From positions 65,808 to 129,807 of the forward strand of contig CAWIGT010000009.1 in NCBI GenBank assembly GCA_963835845.1: a DNA stretch of 64,000 bases, read 5' to 3'. The DNA is from an uncultured Chloroflexia bacterium. GTDB taxonomy: Bacteria > Chloroflexota > Limnocylindria > Limnocylindrales > CSP1-4. Below, piece after piece: positions 18,883 through 27,430 of this stretch (within the stretch, counting starts at the first letter, position 1; each line of letters starts with the position of its first letter). The notes under the pieces are model-generated. The model was not told where the DNA came from and did not search any database. It was given only the letters and a program-made list of their open reading frames with translations. The position numbers and the translations under genes were made by a program.

Positions 18883-19025
18883 CTGCTCCTCCTGCGGTTC
18901 ATGCTAGCCCGCGAGGCAAGTCTCGCCGCCAGCGACCCGATCGGCCGCGTACGAGGCCGCGGTTCCGCCGCACGGATCGTCCCGGCAGCCGGGCGTCCGG
19001 CTCGGACCCGTACAATTCGGCAACG

Positions 19026-20195
19026 ATGCAAGCACCGACTATGCGCCAGCCAACCGTGCCGCAGCTTCGCGCCACGGCCGCGATAGCCCTCCTGTCGGTG
19101 GCGCTGGCCGGCTGCAGCCTCTTCTCGAGCGGGCCCGGCGCCACCTCGTCGCCGACCGCCCGGTCGAACGCCGGAACGAGCACGTCGACCGCAACCGCCA
19201 CGCCCACCCCGACGCCGGTTCCGCTGGTCAAGTCGGTGACACTCGTGGCGACGATCGGCGAGCCGAAGGATTGGACACCCGCGGGGTTGACCTGGAAAGG
19301 GATCCAGACCGCCACGGCTTCGATCGGTGCCCGGGCTTCCCTGGTGGTGCCGTCGTCTCCGGCGGACATCGAGACCGACCTCGAGCAGGCCGCCCAGACT
19401 GAGGGCGCCGTCGTCGTTACCGTAGGGCAGGAATCGGATGCCGCGGTCCAGCAGGCGGCGACGGCTCATCCGGCCACCCAGTTCCTTGAGATGAACGTGG
19501 CGGTGGCCGCGGGTTCGCCATCGAACGTCCACGGCGTCGCCTTCGATGAGGCCGAGGCCGGTTACCTGGCGGGCTACGTTGCCGCGTCGTTCGCCGGATC
19601 CGGCGGTGTCGGCATGGTGGGCGACACCAAGACGGACACCCGCTCGGCCAATTACGCAGCCGGTTTCCGGAGCGGCGCATCGCAAGCGAGCGCCGGCATC
19701 GCGCTCACGATCGGATATGCGGGTTCGCCTGACCTGCCCGACAAGGGCCGCGCGGCTTCGGCCGCCCTGGTCAAGGCAGGCGACACGGTGATCCTGGCCA
19801 TGCCCAGCCTGGCCGGAATCGGAGCCATGCGCGACGCGTGCGCTCGCAAGGCGCAGCTGGTTGCAGTCGACACCGACGCATGGCAAACGGTGCCCGACGT
19901 CCAGCCGTGCTTGATCGTCAGCGTCCTCAATCGCTACGACACGGCAGTCGGCGCGGCGATCCTGGCGATCAACTCGAGCAAGCCGCTGCAGCGCGTGCTG
20001 GTAGACGACCTGGCGAGCGGGGGCATCGCGTTGAGCGAATTCCACGCCGACCTCCCACCGGGCTTCCAGGGTCAACTCGACGCGGTGATCGGCGCGCTGA
20101 AGAACGGCCCCCCGCGGCCCGCGTCCACCCCTCCGAACCCGGAGCCTCCCGCGTCGGCCGGCCCGGGCGCATCTGCGGTACCTTCCAGCGTATGA
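19026..20195 (+). CDS. BMP-family (PnrA/Med-like) ABC-transporter substrate-binding lipoprotein
   Basis: Signal peptide plus lipobox (LLSVALAGCS), Thr/Pro linker, and a Bmp-like core (AEAGYLAGYVAASF..GGVGMVGD..ANYAAGFRSGA..LVAVDTDAW). The part of the track ORF upstream of ATG 19026 is Arg-rich and was rejected. Confidence 0.8.
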   Translation: MQAPTMRQPTVPQLRATAAIALLSVALAGCSLFSSGPGATSSPTARSNAGTSTSTATATPTPTPVPLVKSVTLVATIGEPKDWTPAGLTWKGIQTATASIGARASLVVPSSPADIETDLEQAAQTEGAVVVTVGQESDAAVQQAATAHPATQFLEMNVAVAAGSPSNVHGVAFDEAEAGYLAGYVAASFAGSGGVGMVGDTKTDTRSANYAAGFRSGASQASAGIALTIGYAGSPDLPDKGRAASAALVKAGDTVILAMPSLAGIGAMRDACARKAQLVAVDTDAWQTVPDVQPCLIVSVLNRYDTAVGAAILAINSSKPLQRVLVDDLASGGIALSEFHADLPPGFQGQLDAVIGALKNGPPRPASTPPNPEPPASAGPGASAVPSSV

Positions 20196-20647
20196 ACGAT
20201 CCTCGTGAGCCCGACGTCCACGTTTCCCTGCTCGACGACGAGGCCATCGCCGAATTGCTGAGGACTGCGCGGCGCATCGCCGTCGTCGGGGCCTCGTCCA
20301 ACCCCGATCGCCCGTCGAACGGCGTGTTCCGCTCCCTGGTCCGTGCCGGCTACGAGTGCATTCCGGTGAACCCGAACGAGACCGAGGTCGAGGGCGTGCC
20401 CGCCGTGGCGACGCTTGCCGAAGCGGCGGCTGCGCTCGGCGGCCGGATCGACATCGTCGACGTCTTCCGCCGATCCGAACTGACCCAGTCGATCGCCCGC
20501 GAAGCGGTCGCGCTGGGAGCCCGGGCGCTGTGGCTCCAGCTCGGCGTCGTCAACTGGGAGAGTGCCCGGATCGCCGCCGTGGGCGGCCTGGCCGTGGTCA
20601 TGGATCGCTGCACGGCCGTCGAACTGCGCCGGGTTCCGCGCCGCTGA
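20192..20647 (+). CDS. CoA-binding domain protein (YccU/YneT-like)
   Basis: RRIAVVGASSNPDRPSNGVFRSLVRAGYECIPVNPN..VEGVPAVATLAEA...IVDVFRRSE...GARALWLQLGV is the CoA_binding_2 pattern. ATG 20192 overlaps the upstream TGA (ATGA). Confidence 0.85.
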   Translation: MNDPREPDVHVSLLDDEAIAELLRTARRIAVVGASSNPDRPSNGVFRSLVRAGYECIPVNPNETEVEGVPAVATLAEAAAALGGRIDIVDVFRRSELTQSIAREAVALGARALWLQLGVVNWESARIAAVGGLAVVMDRCTAVELRRVPRR

Positions 20648-20668
20648 CTCTGTGGCATAGAAACGCAC

Positions 20669-20692
20669 GACGCCGTCCCGAAAGACGGCGTC
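20669..20692. terminator. Perfect 9-bp hairpin (GACGCCGTC-ccgaaa-GACGGCGTC) between convergent genes; possible bidirectional terminator
   Basis: Read directly. It lies 22 nt after the CoA-binding gene stop. The T-tract is weak, and is TTTCT only on the minus-strand reading. Confidence 0.45.
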
Positions 20693-20926
20693 GCGCGTGC
20701 TGCCTGGAGTGTTCGAATTCCTGCGCCGCCCTGATCGAGCCCGCGCCGCACAGAACGTGGTCTGGCAGCGGGGTGTCGCCTCGATCCGGGTGACGTGGGC
20801 ATTGTGCCACCGGCCGGCTGATTCTCCGTCCTACCCCTGCTATCCAATCCGCGTCTCACCTTTGGCCCAGTGTCGGGCCCTGCGTGCTACGTAGCGGCGA
20901 CGAGTTCGGCCGGCGGCTCCACCACG

Positions 20927-22612
20927 TCAACCCGCGGCGCCGTCGGCGGCAGGCAACTTCGAGGAGGCGCTTTCGGCGTCCTTGCCGGGTGCACTCCCGG
21001 TCGCCTCATCGGCGGCCGAGCTCGGAACCCGGGCCGGCAGCCAGGCAAATACCAGGACCGCGCCGACCGCCACCACGACCGCCCCGATGGCCGCCGCGGT
21101 GGACATCCCGGAGACGAAGGATTGCCGGGCCGCGGAGAGAACGGCCGCGGCGGTTTCCGAGGGCAGACCGCCTGCGGCAACCGTCGCGGAGCCGATCGAG
21201 TCTCGGACGGCCGCGCCCACGCCGGCAGGCAAGCCCGCCAGGCCACCTGGCAGCTGGTTCAGCCGCGCGGCCAGATCGTCCCGGTACGCGGAGGACAGGA
21301 TGCTGCCGAAGACCGCGACGCCCATCGCCGAACCGAGTTCGCGAGTGGTGTCGTTGGTCGCCGAGCCGACGCCGGCTCGGGCCTTGTCGACCGCGCCCAT
21401 GATCGCGTCCGTCGCCGGCGCCATGGCCAGGCCCATGCCCAGCGACATGAAGCCCAGCATGGCCGCGAAGGCCGGGTAGGAAGAGCCGACACTGAGCCGA
21501 GAGATGAGCAGGAGGCTGACCGAGATGCCCGCCATGCCGCTCACGATCAGATATCTGGCGCCGATCCGGGGCAGCAGCCTGTTGGCCAGGACCGATCCGA
21601 CGACCACACCGAAGGCGACCGGCAACATCGACAGGCCGGCCTCGAGTGGCCGCTGACCCCAGACGAACTGGAGGTACTGCGTCAGGGCGAAGGTGCCGCC
21701 GACCAGGGCGAAGTGAGCCACCGTTTCGGCCAGGCTCGTCGCGCCGAAGGCCGGCCGAGCGAAGAGCTTGATGTCGAACATCGGGGCGCTGTAATGGAGC
21801 TCCCAGACGACGAACGCGACGACCAGGCCCAGGCCCGCACCGATTCCGGCGAGAGTCTCGGGAGCGGTCCAGCCCGCCGCCGGAGCCTGGATGATGCCGT
21901 AGACGAGGGTGGCCAGGCCGGCTATCGACAGCACCGCGCCGATCGGGTCCAGCCGGTCCGGGCTTTCATCGCGAGATTCCGGAATGAGATGCAGCGTGCC
22001 GACGATGCCGACCAGGACGATCGGTACGTTGAACAGGAAGACCGCGTTCCAGTCGAAGTTCTCGAGCAGGGCCCCGCCGACGATCGGCCCCAGCACCATT
22101 CCCACGCCTGCGATCGCGGCCCAGGTCGCGATTGCCCGCGGCCGCTCGGCATCGGAAAAGAGGTTCGTGATGAGCGACAGCGTCGCCGGCATCAGCAGCG
22201 CTCCGCCCAGGCCCATGGCACCGCGGATCGTGATCAGCTGATCGGCGGTCGTGACCAGTAGCGTCGCCGCGGAGGCGATGCCGAATACGCTCAGGCCCGC
22301 GAGCATCAGCTTCCGTCGACCCAGCCGGTCGCCGAGCGTCCCCGACGTCAGCAGCAGGCCCGCGAACACGACGATGTAGGCGTCGACCATCCACTGGAGC
22401 TGCGAGCCGGTCGCGTCGAGCTGTCGCGAGATCGTCGGCAGTGCGACGTTGAGGATCGTGTTGTCCATCGTGATGGCGAGCAGACACAGGTCGATGACCG
22501 CCAGCGCCCACCACCGTCGCGGGTGGCCTCCCGCGACAGGACTCGAGCCGGCCCGACTCGTCGCGTGCGGGGCGTGGCTCCCGGACCCGTGAATTCCGTG
22601 CGTTCCGTGCAC
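20927..22612 (-). CDS. MFS transporter, DHA2 (EmrB/QacA-like, 14-TMS) drug:H+ antiporter family
   Basis: MDNTILNVALPTISRQL..QLQWMVDAYIVVFAGLLLTSGTLGDRLGRRK is motif A/B of DHA2. The protein has multiple hydrophobic segments along its 561 aa and is divergent from a TetR gene. Confidence 0.9.
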   Translation of the reverse strand: MHGTHGIHGSGSHAPHATSRAGSSPVAGGHPRRWWALAVIDLCLLAITMDNTILNVALPTISRQLDATGSQLQWMVDAYIVVFAGLLLTSGTLGDRLGRRKLMLAGLSVFGIASAATLLVTTADQLITIRGAMGLGGALLMPATLSLITNLFSDAERPRAIATWAAIAGVGMVLGPIVGGALLENFDWNAVFLFNVPIVLVGIVGTLHLIPESRDESPDRLDPIGAVLSIAGLATLVYGIIQAPAAGWTAPETLAGIGAGLGLVVAFVVWELHYSAPMFDIKLFARPAFGATSLAETVAHFALVGGTFALTQYLQFVWGQRPLEAGLSMLPVAFGVVVGSVLANRLLPRIGARYLIVSGMAGISVSLLLISRLSVGSSYPAFAAMLGFMSLGMGLAMAPATDAIMGAVDKARAGVGSATNDTTRELGSAMGVAVFGSILSSAYRDDLAARLNQLPGGLAGLPAGVGAAVRDSIGSATVAAGGLPSETAAAVLSAARQSFVSGMSTAAAIGAVVVAVGAVLVFAWLPARVPSSAADEATGSAPGKDAESASSKLPAADGAAG

Positions 22613-22692
22613 CGTCGACGCTCCCTATCTGCTGCCCGCGGGCGACACCGCGCGTCCGCCGCGCCTGGTTGCCCGCTGCGTACGGTGTTATC

Positions 22693-22713
22693 ATAGCGTA
22701 CGGCGTACGCTAT
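22693..22713. promoter_or_regulatory. Perfect 21-bp palindrome ATAGCGTACG-G-CGTACGCTAT; likely TetR operator in the MFS/TetR divergent intergenic region
   Basis: Read directly. A third GCGTACGG half-site lies just upstream (about 22678-22685). The position between divergent regulator and transporter genes is the classic TetR arrangement. Confidence 0.6.
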
Positions 22714-22747
22714 GCGTCAAGTGTGCGCAACGCGAACGGCGACTACA

Positions 22748-22767
22748 ATCGATCGATCGATCGATCG
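22748..22767. repeat. Tetranucleotide microsatellite (ATCG)5, containing four overlapping GATC sites, in the TetR leader
   Basis: Read directly: aATCGATCGATCGATCGATCGg. It lies between the operator palindrome and the AGGAGG RBS at 22774-22779. Confidence 0.85.
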
Positions 22768-22789
22768 GCCGACAGGAGGCAGCAGCATC

Positions 22790-23533
22790 GTGAGCCCAGC
22801 TCAACAGCCACCCTTCCTCGGGGCGTGGAGCGACACGCCCGAAACCGAGGCAACCCTGCCTCGCGAGCCGCTTAGCCGCGCCCGTATCGTCGCCGCCGCG
22901 GTGACGATCCTGGACCGCCACGGAGTCGACGGCCTGTCCATGCGGACGCTCGCCGACGAGCTGCACACGGCCGCGACGTCGCTCTACCGACACGTCCACA
23001 ACAAGGGTGAGCTCCTCGACCTGACCCTCGACGCGCTGATGGCCGAGGTCGAACTGCCGGCCGACAGCGCCGATTGGCGGACCGCGATGCGCACCGTCTC
23101 TCTCAACTTCCGAGCCGTGCTGCTCAAGCATCGGACCGCCGCGGTGCTGCGCGGCACGCGACTGGCCATCGGCCCCAACACTCTCCGGCTCATGGAGTAC
23201 GTCTGCTCCACCCTGCTCGGCGCAGGCTTCTCAGAGACCGAGGCAGCCGCGGCCGGCGCCACGCTCATCAACTACACCGTCGGCTGCGTCCTTGGCGAGG
23301 TCATGCCCACGGCCGAGATCGAGGCTTCTGGCTACACGTGGGAGCAGTTCGCGGCGGAGATGTCTGCACGCGTCGCCGCACTGCCACTCGACCGCTATCC
23401 CGTCATGCGGCGGATGTTTCCGATGCTCCTTGGCCACCACCACAGCCAGCCGTTCGAATATGGACTGGACGCCCTGCTCGACGGGTTCGAAGTCAGGCGG
23501 GCGGCACCGCTGAGCACAGACACGCCTGGGTGA
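22790..23533 (+). CDS. TetR/AcrR-family transcriptional repressor
   Basis: HTH ILDRHGVDGLSMRTLADELHTAATSLYRHVHNKGELL with a TetR_C-like C-terminal domain. I prefer the GTG start at 22790 (AGGAGG 10 nt upstream) to the track start at 22712, which lies inside the operator palindrome. Confidence 0.85.
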   Translation: MSPAQQPPFLGAWSDTPETEATLPREPLSRARIVAAAVTILDRHGVDGLSMRTLADELHTAATSLYRHVHNKGELLDLTLDALMAEVELPADSADWRTAMRTVSLNFRAVLLKHRTAAVLRGTRLAIGPNTLRLMEYVCSTLLGAGFSETEAAAAGATLINYTVGCVLGEVMPTAEIEASGYTWEQFAAEMSARVAALPLDRYPVMRRMFPMLLGHHHSQPFEYGLDALLDGFEVRRAAPLSTDTPG

Positions 23534-23657
23534 GCAGCTGAGAGGGCAAGAGGCACGGCCCGGGAACGGCAGTCTGTACCAGAGCCCCGCGGAGCGCTCC
23601 GCACGACGGAGGCTGAGGACACTCGTCTCAGTACGTTTCGATCCTGACTAGCTAGCC

Positions 23658-23873
23658 TTGCGACGACCCGCCGGGCTGAACCTCGGCGCCGACGCGCTGG
23701 CCAAGACGCTGACCGCGAGGGCGCCGACGGACCGAGCCACCCTGTTCGGAGCCCTGGTGAGCGCCGTCAATGGATCGAGCGCACCCGCCGCGGGTGGCCA
23801 ATCTGGCGAAGTCGGCTTCTACACCAAGGATGGCCTCGTGCCCGACCTCGGGGCCGCCGCCTTCGCCGACTGA
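23658..23873 (+). pseudogene. Truncated parvulin-type peptidyl-prolyl isomerase fragment, cut by the IS end
   Basis: ..SSAPAAGGQSGEVGFYTKDGLVPDLGAAAFAD resembles the parvulin core (GGDLGWF..GQMVPEFE.AAFAL). The reading frame ends in a TGA that is the first triplet of the IS terminal repeat. Confidence 0.4.
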
Positions 23874-24210
23874 ACCGCCCTACGCAGTGGAGACTCCCAG
23901 AATTGGAATCAGGCGGCATGCGCCTCATCTAGTTGGCGATAGTAGGCCTCCTCGAACTCGGCCGGCGGGATATCGCCGCAGGTGCCGTGGAGCCGCTCGG
24001 TGTTGTACCAGTGAATCCACGCCGCGGTTGCGAGCTCGAGCTCTCCGCGCGCGTTCGCCAGCGTTTCCACCGGCGGATGAGCTCTCCTTTGTAGGGGCCG
24101 TTGACCGACTCGGCGAGGGCGTTGTCGTGACTGTCGCCCTTGGATCCGACACTGTTGACGGCCTTGGCCTCATCTAGGCGCCGGTACGTGGCAAGTGTGG
24201 CCCTAGGCAT
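23871..24210 (-). mobile_element. IS3-family insertion-sequence remnant: 3' part of the OrfB transposase (DDE integrase core end, one frameshift) plus a terminal inverted repeat
   Basis: Minus-strand translation gives ..VNSVGSKGDSHDNALAESVNGPYKGELIRR.., then after a frameshift LELATAAWIHWYNTERLHGTCGDIPPAEFEEAYYRQLDEAHAA, with the stop at 23909-23911. The outer end TGAACCGCCCTACGCAGTGGAGACTCCCAGAATT (23871 onward) looks like an IS3-type IR starting with TG. Everything upstream of the DDE C-terminal part is missing. Confidence 0.7.
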
Positions 24211-24379
24211 ACGTCGGACCCGAGATGTCCTAGTAGGCGCCCGAGGTCGAGGTAGCCGAGGTCGTGACCTTGAGGCCGTACTGACCGGATCGAGCGCCTG
24301 AGGGAATGGTCAGCCCTGTGACCTTGGTCCAGCCGCTCTGGCTGGGGGAGTCCGAGGAACCGCAGGAGGCGATGTTGTT

Positions 24380-24655
24380 CTAGTGAACGGCGAAACCCGC
24401 GAAGACCAGCACGAAACCGGCGATGAGGATCAAGCCGCCGATCTGGGCCTTGCGCCGGAGCTCTTGGGCCATGATCGAGGCCGCGCTGGGGCCCTCGTCG
24501 CGAAGTCGGGTGCCGCGCCAACCCTCGTAGCGGGCCAGGTTTGCCTCCTGGGACTTGAGCTCCTGGTAGCGGCTCCACGGGCCCCGGGCGCGCAGGTAGC
24601 CGGCGGCGATGAGCACGACCCCGAACGCCCACAGGACCAGGTTGATCGGACCCAT
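24380..24655 (-). CDS. Small two-TM membrane protein (91 aa) downstream of gatB
   Basis: MGPINLVLWAFGVVLIAAGYLRARGPWSRYQELKSQEANLARYEGW...IGGLILIAGFVLVFAGFAVH. The rest of track ORF 24380..25255 is Arg/Gly-rich and overlaps gatB out of frame. Confidence 0.5.
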   Translation of the reverse strand: MGPINLVLWAFGVVLIAAGYLRARGPWSRYQELKSQEANLARYEGWRGTRLRDEGPSAASIMAQELRRKAQIGGLILIAGFVLVFAGFAVH

Positions 24656-24672
24656 TGCGCTCCTTCCGCCGT

Positions 24673-26157
24673 CTACTCGGCCTTGTCGAGCCTCTCCCGA
24701 AGAGCGGTCTGGACCATCGCGGCATTGGCCTGGCCGCGCGTGGCCTTCATCACCTGGCCGACCAGGAAGCCGACGGCGGCGCCCTTGCCGGCTCGATAGT
24801 CCGCGACGGCGGCCGGGTTGGCGGCGAGCACGCTGCCGATGGCCGCGCCAATGGCCCCGGCATCCGAGATCTGACGGAAGCCGCGCGCTTCGATGATCGC
24901 GGCGATCTTCGCGCCCGACGCGAAATGTTCGCCGAAGACTTCCTTGGCGTTGGTTCCCGAGATGGCCCCGTCGGCGACCAGCTTGAGCAGCGCGGCGAGC
25001 TCGGCAGGATCGACGGCGCCGCCGCTCCCCTCCCCGCCCTTGGCCAGACGCATGTATTCGCCCGTCACCCAGTTGGCGAGGAGTTTCGGCGGCAGACCCC
25101 GGCCCGCTGCCAGTCCACCCTCGAAGAGAGCCGTCGCGGCCGCGTCGTTGACCAGCACGGAAGCGTCGTAGGCCGACAGGCCGAACTCCGCCTGGTAGCG
25201 CGTCCGCCTGACCGCCGGCAATTCGGGCAGTCGCGCCTTGATTTCGGCCAGCCATTGCGGCGTGGTCACCAGAGGCGGCAAATCCGGCTCGGGGAAGTAG
25301 CGGTAGTCGTTCTCTTCTTCCTTCGGCCGCATGTGATAGGTCGACTGACTCGGTTCGTCCCAGCCGCGCGTTTCCATGTGAACCGCGCCGCCGCCGTCGA
25401 CCAGCTCCGTCTGGCGCGAGATCTCGAAGCCGATCGCCCGCTCCACGGCCCGCATCGAGTTCATGTTCTTGACCTCGACGCGCGTGCCGAACGCCTCCCG
25501 GCCGCGTGGCCGGATCGAGACGTTCGCCTCGACCCGCATCTGGCCGTTCTCCATCTCCGCGTCCGATGCGCCGATCGTGCGCATCAGCAGGCGCAGTTCT
25601 TCGGCATAGCGGCGGGCCTGTTCGGCCGTCCGGATGTCCGGCTCGGTGACGATCTCCATGAGCGGCATGCCGGATCTATTGAAGTCGATCAAGCTCACTC
25701 GCCGGGCGGCGCCGTCGGGCCCTTCGCGGTCCTCGTGGATCAGGCGGCCCGTGTCCTCTTCGAGGTGAGCCCGCCGCACCCGGACGGCTAACGGCCCCTC
25801 GATGGTGTCGAAGGCGAGGCGACCGTTGGCGGCCAGAGGCAGCTGGTACTGGCTGATCTGATAGCCCTTGGGGATGTCGGGGTAGAAGTAGTTCTTGCGA
25901 TCCCAGCGAGTGGTCGAGGCGATCTCGGCGTCGATGGCGTAGCCGGTCGCAATCACCCACTCGACCGCCTTCTTGTTGATCGTCGGCAGTACGCCGGGCA
26001 GCCCCAGGCAGACCGGGCACGTACGCGTGTTCGGCGCTGCCCCATCGATATCGGTGGAGCAGCCGCAGAACATCTTGCTGACGGTCTTGAGCTGGCAGTG
26101 GATCTCGATGCCGATGACGGCCTCGTAGCGAGTTGCGACGGCCTCGGCCGTGCTCAC
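24673..26157 (-). CDS. gatB: Asp-tRNA(Asn)/Glu-tRNA(Gln) amidotransferase subunit B
   Basis: Intact 494-aa ORF: YEAVIGIEIHCQLKT.SKMFCGC, RWDRKNYFYPDIPKGYQISQ, C-terminal YqeY-like tail. The GTG start overlaps the upstream stop (GTGA at 26154-26157). Confidence 0.95.
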   Translation of the reverse strand: MSTAEAVATRYEAVIGIEIHCQLKTVSKMFCGCSTDIDGAAPNTRTCPVCLGLPGVLPTINKKAVEWVIATGYAIDAEIASTTRWDRKNYFYPDIPKGYQISQYQLPLAANGRLAFDTIEGPLAVRVRRAHLEEDTGRLIHEDREGPDGAARRVSLIDFNRSGMPLMEIVTEPDIRTAEQARRYAEELRLLMRTIGASDAEMENGQMRVEANVSIRPRGREAFGTRVEVKNMNSMRAVERAIGFEISRQTELVDGGGAVHMETRGWDEPSQSTYHMRPKEEENDYRYFPEPDLPPLVTTPQWLAEIKARLPELPAVRRTRYQAEFGLSAYDASVLVNDAAATALFEGGLAAGRGLPPKLLANWVTGEYMRLAKGGEGSGGAVDPAELAALLKLVADGAISGTNAKEVFGEHFASGAKIAAIIEARGFRQISDAGAIGAAIGSVLAANPAAVADYRAGKGAAVGFLVGQVMKATRGQANAAMVQTALRERLDKAE

Positions 26158-27420
26158 GAGTCGCTCCTGAGCGTCTTGACGAAGCGATCGATGCGGACCA
26201 GCGCCTCTTTGAGCTCGGCCTCGGACGTGGCGTAGCAGCAGCGGACATGGCCCTCGCCGGCCTCGCCGAACGCCGAGCCCGGAACAACCGCGACCGATTC
26301 CTTGCGGAGCAGCTGCTCGGCGAACTGTTCGCTCGTCGAGCCCCGTCGAAGTGATCTGCGGGAAGACGTAGAAGGCGCCCTTCGGCTCGAACGTTCGCAG
26401 GCCGATCTTGTTGAAGCCTTCGACCAGGAGCTGCGCGGCGGCGATCGTAGTGGCTGAGCATCCACCGCACGTCCGACTCGCCCGACTTGAGCGCTTCGAG
26501 GGCGGCGTCCTGGGCCACCGTCGGCGCGGACATGATCACGTACTGGTGGACTTTCAGGATGCCTTCGAGGATCTCCGACGGCGCGCAGATGTAGCCGATC
26601 CGCCAGCCCGTCATGGCGTACGCCTTGGAGAAGCCGCCCATCAGGACGGTCCGCCTTCGCATGCCCGGCAGCGACGACATCGTCCGCATCTCGTAGCCGC
26701 CGTAGACGAGCCGGTCGTAGATCTCGTCGCGTGTAGACCAGCAGGTCGTGGCGGACGGCGATACGGGCAATCTCGTCCTGGACTTCGTGCGGCAGCACCG
26801 CGCCGGTGGGATTGCAGGGGTAGTTGAGGAGCATGGCCTTGGTCCTGGGCGTGATGGCCGCTTCGACCTTGGCCGGGTCGAGGGCGAAGTCCTCTTCGAT
26901 CGTGGTGTTGACCCCGACGGGCACACCGCCGGCGAAGACGATGCACGGTCGATACGAAACGTAGGACGGCTCGTGGAGCGATGACCTCGTCGCCCGGGTC
27001 CAGGGTGGCGCGGCAGGCCACGTCCAGGGCCTCGGACGCGCCGATCGTGATCGAGGATCTCCTCGCTGGGGTCGTAGCGAACGCCGTACAGCCGCTCGAG
27101 GTGGTGGGCCAGGGCGCGGCGCAGTTCGATCGTGCCGTAGTTGCTCGCGTAGTGGGTCCGTCGGGCGGCGAGGGAATGGCGGCCAGCCTCGATGACCTGC
27201 TCCGGCGTGTCGAAGTCGGGCTCCCCCACTCCGAGGCTGATGACGTCGGTCATCGTGGCCATGATGTCGAAGAAGCGGCGGATGCCCGATCGCGGGCACT
27301 TCGATCCACGCGGCGGGCCAGGACTCGGGTCGAGAGCGGCGGTCGCTCAGGTTCGGCCTCGGGGTTCAGGATGGACGGGTCGGTCGTGAGTCGGCTGGAG
27401 GTGTCGGGAGACAGTGTCAT
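26154..27420 (-). pseudogene. Class I/II (aspartate-type) PLP-dependent aminotransferase, broken by at least 6 frameshifts
   Basis: Pieces recovered by hand across three frames:
- MTLSPDTSS.. (ATG 27420, RBS GAGGAAG).
- SGIRRFFDIMATMTDVISLGVGEPDFDTP.
- ACRATLDPGDEVI.
- HEPSYVSYRPCIVFAGGVPVGV..LLNYPCNPTGAV.
- DEIYDRLVYGG..GGFSKAYAMTGWRIGY (PLP lysine motif SKAY).
- AVVPGSAFGEAGEGHVRCCYATS. Confidence 0.8.
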
Positions 27421-27430
27421 CGGGGCTTCC

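Noticed and set aside
24174-25255. ORFs 24174..24725 and 24380..25255 as full-length proteins.
   Set aside because: They are Arg/Gly-rich except for the terminal 91 codons of the second (the small membrane protein). The first overlaps the IS remnant and gene-fragment region without any motif.
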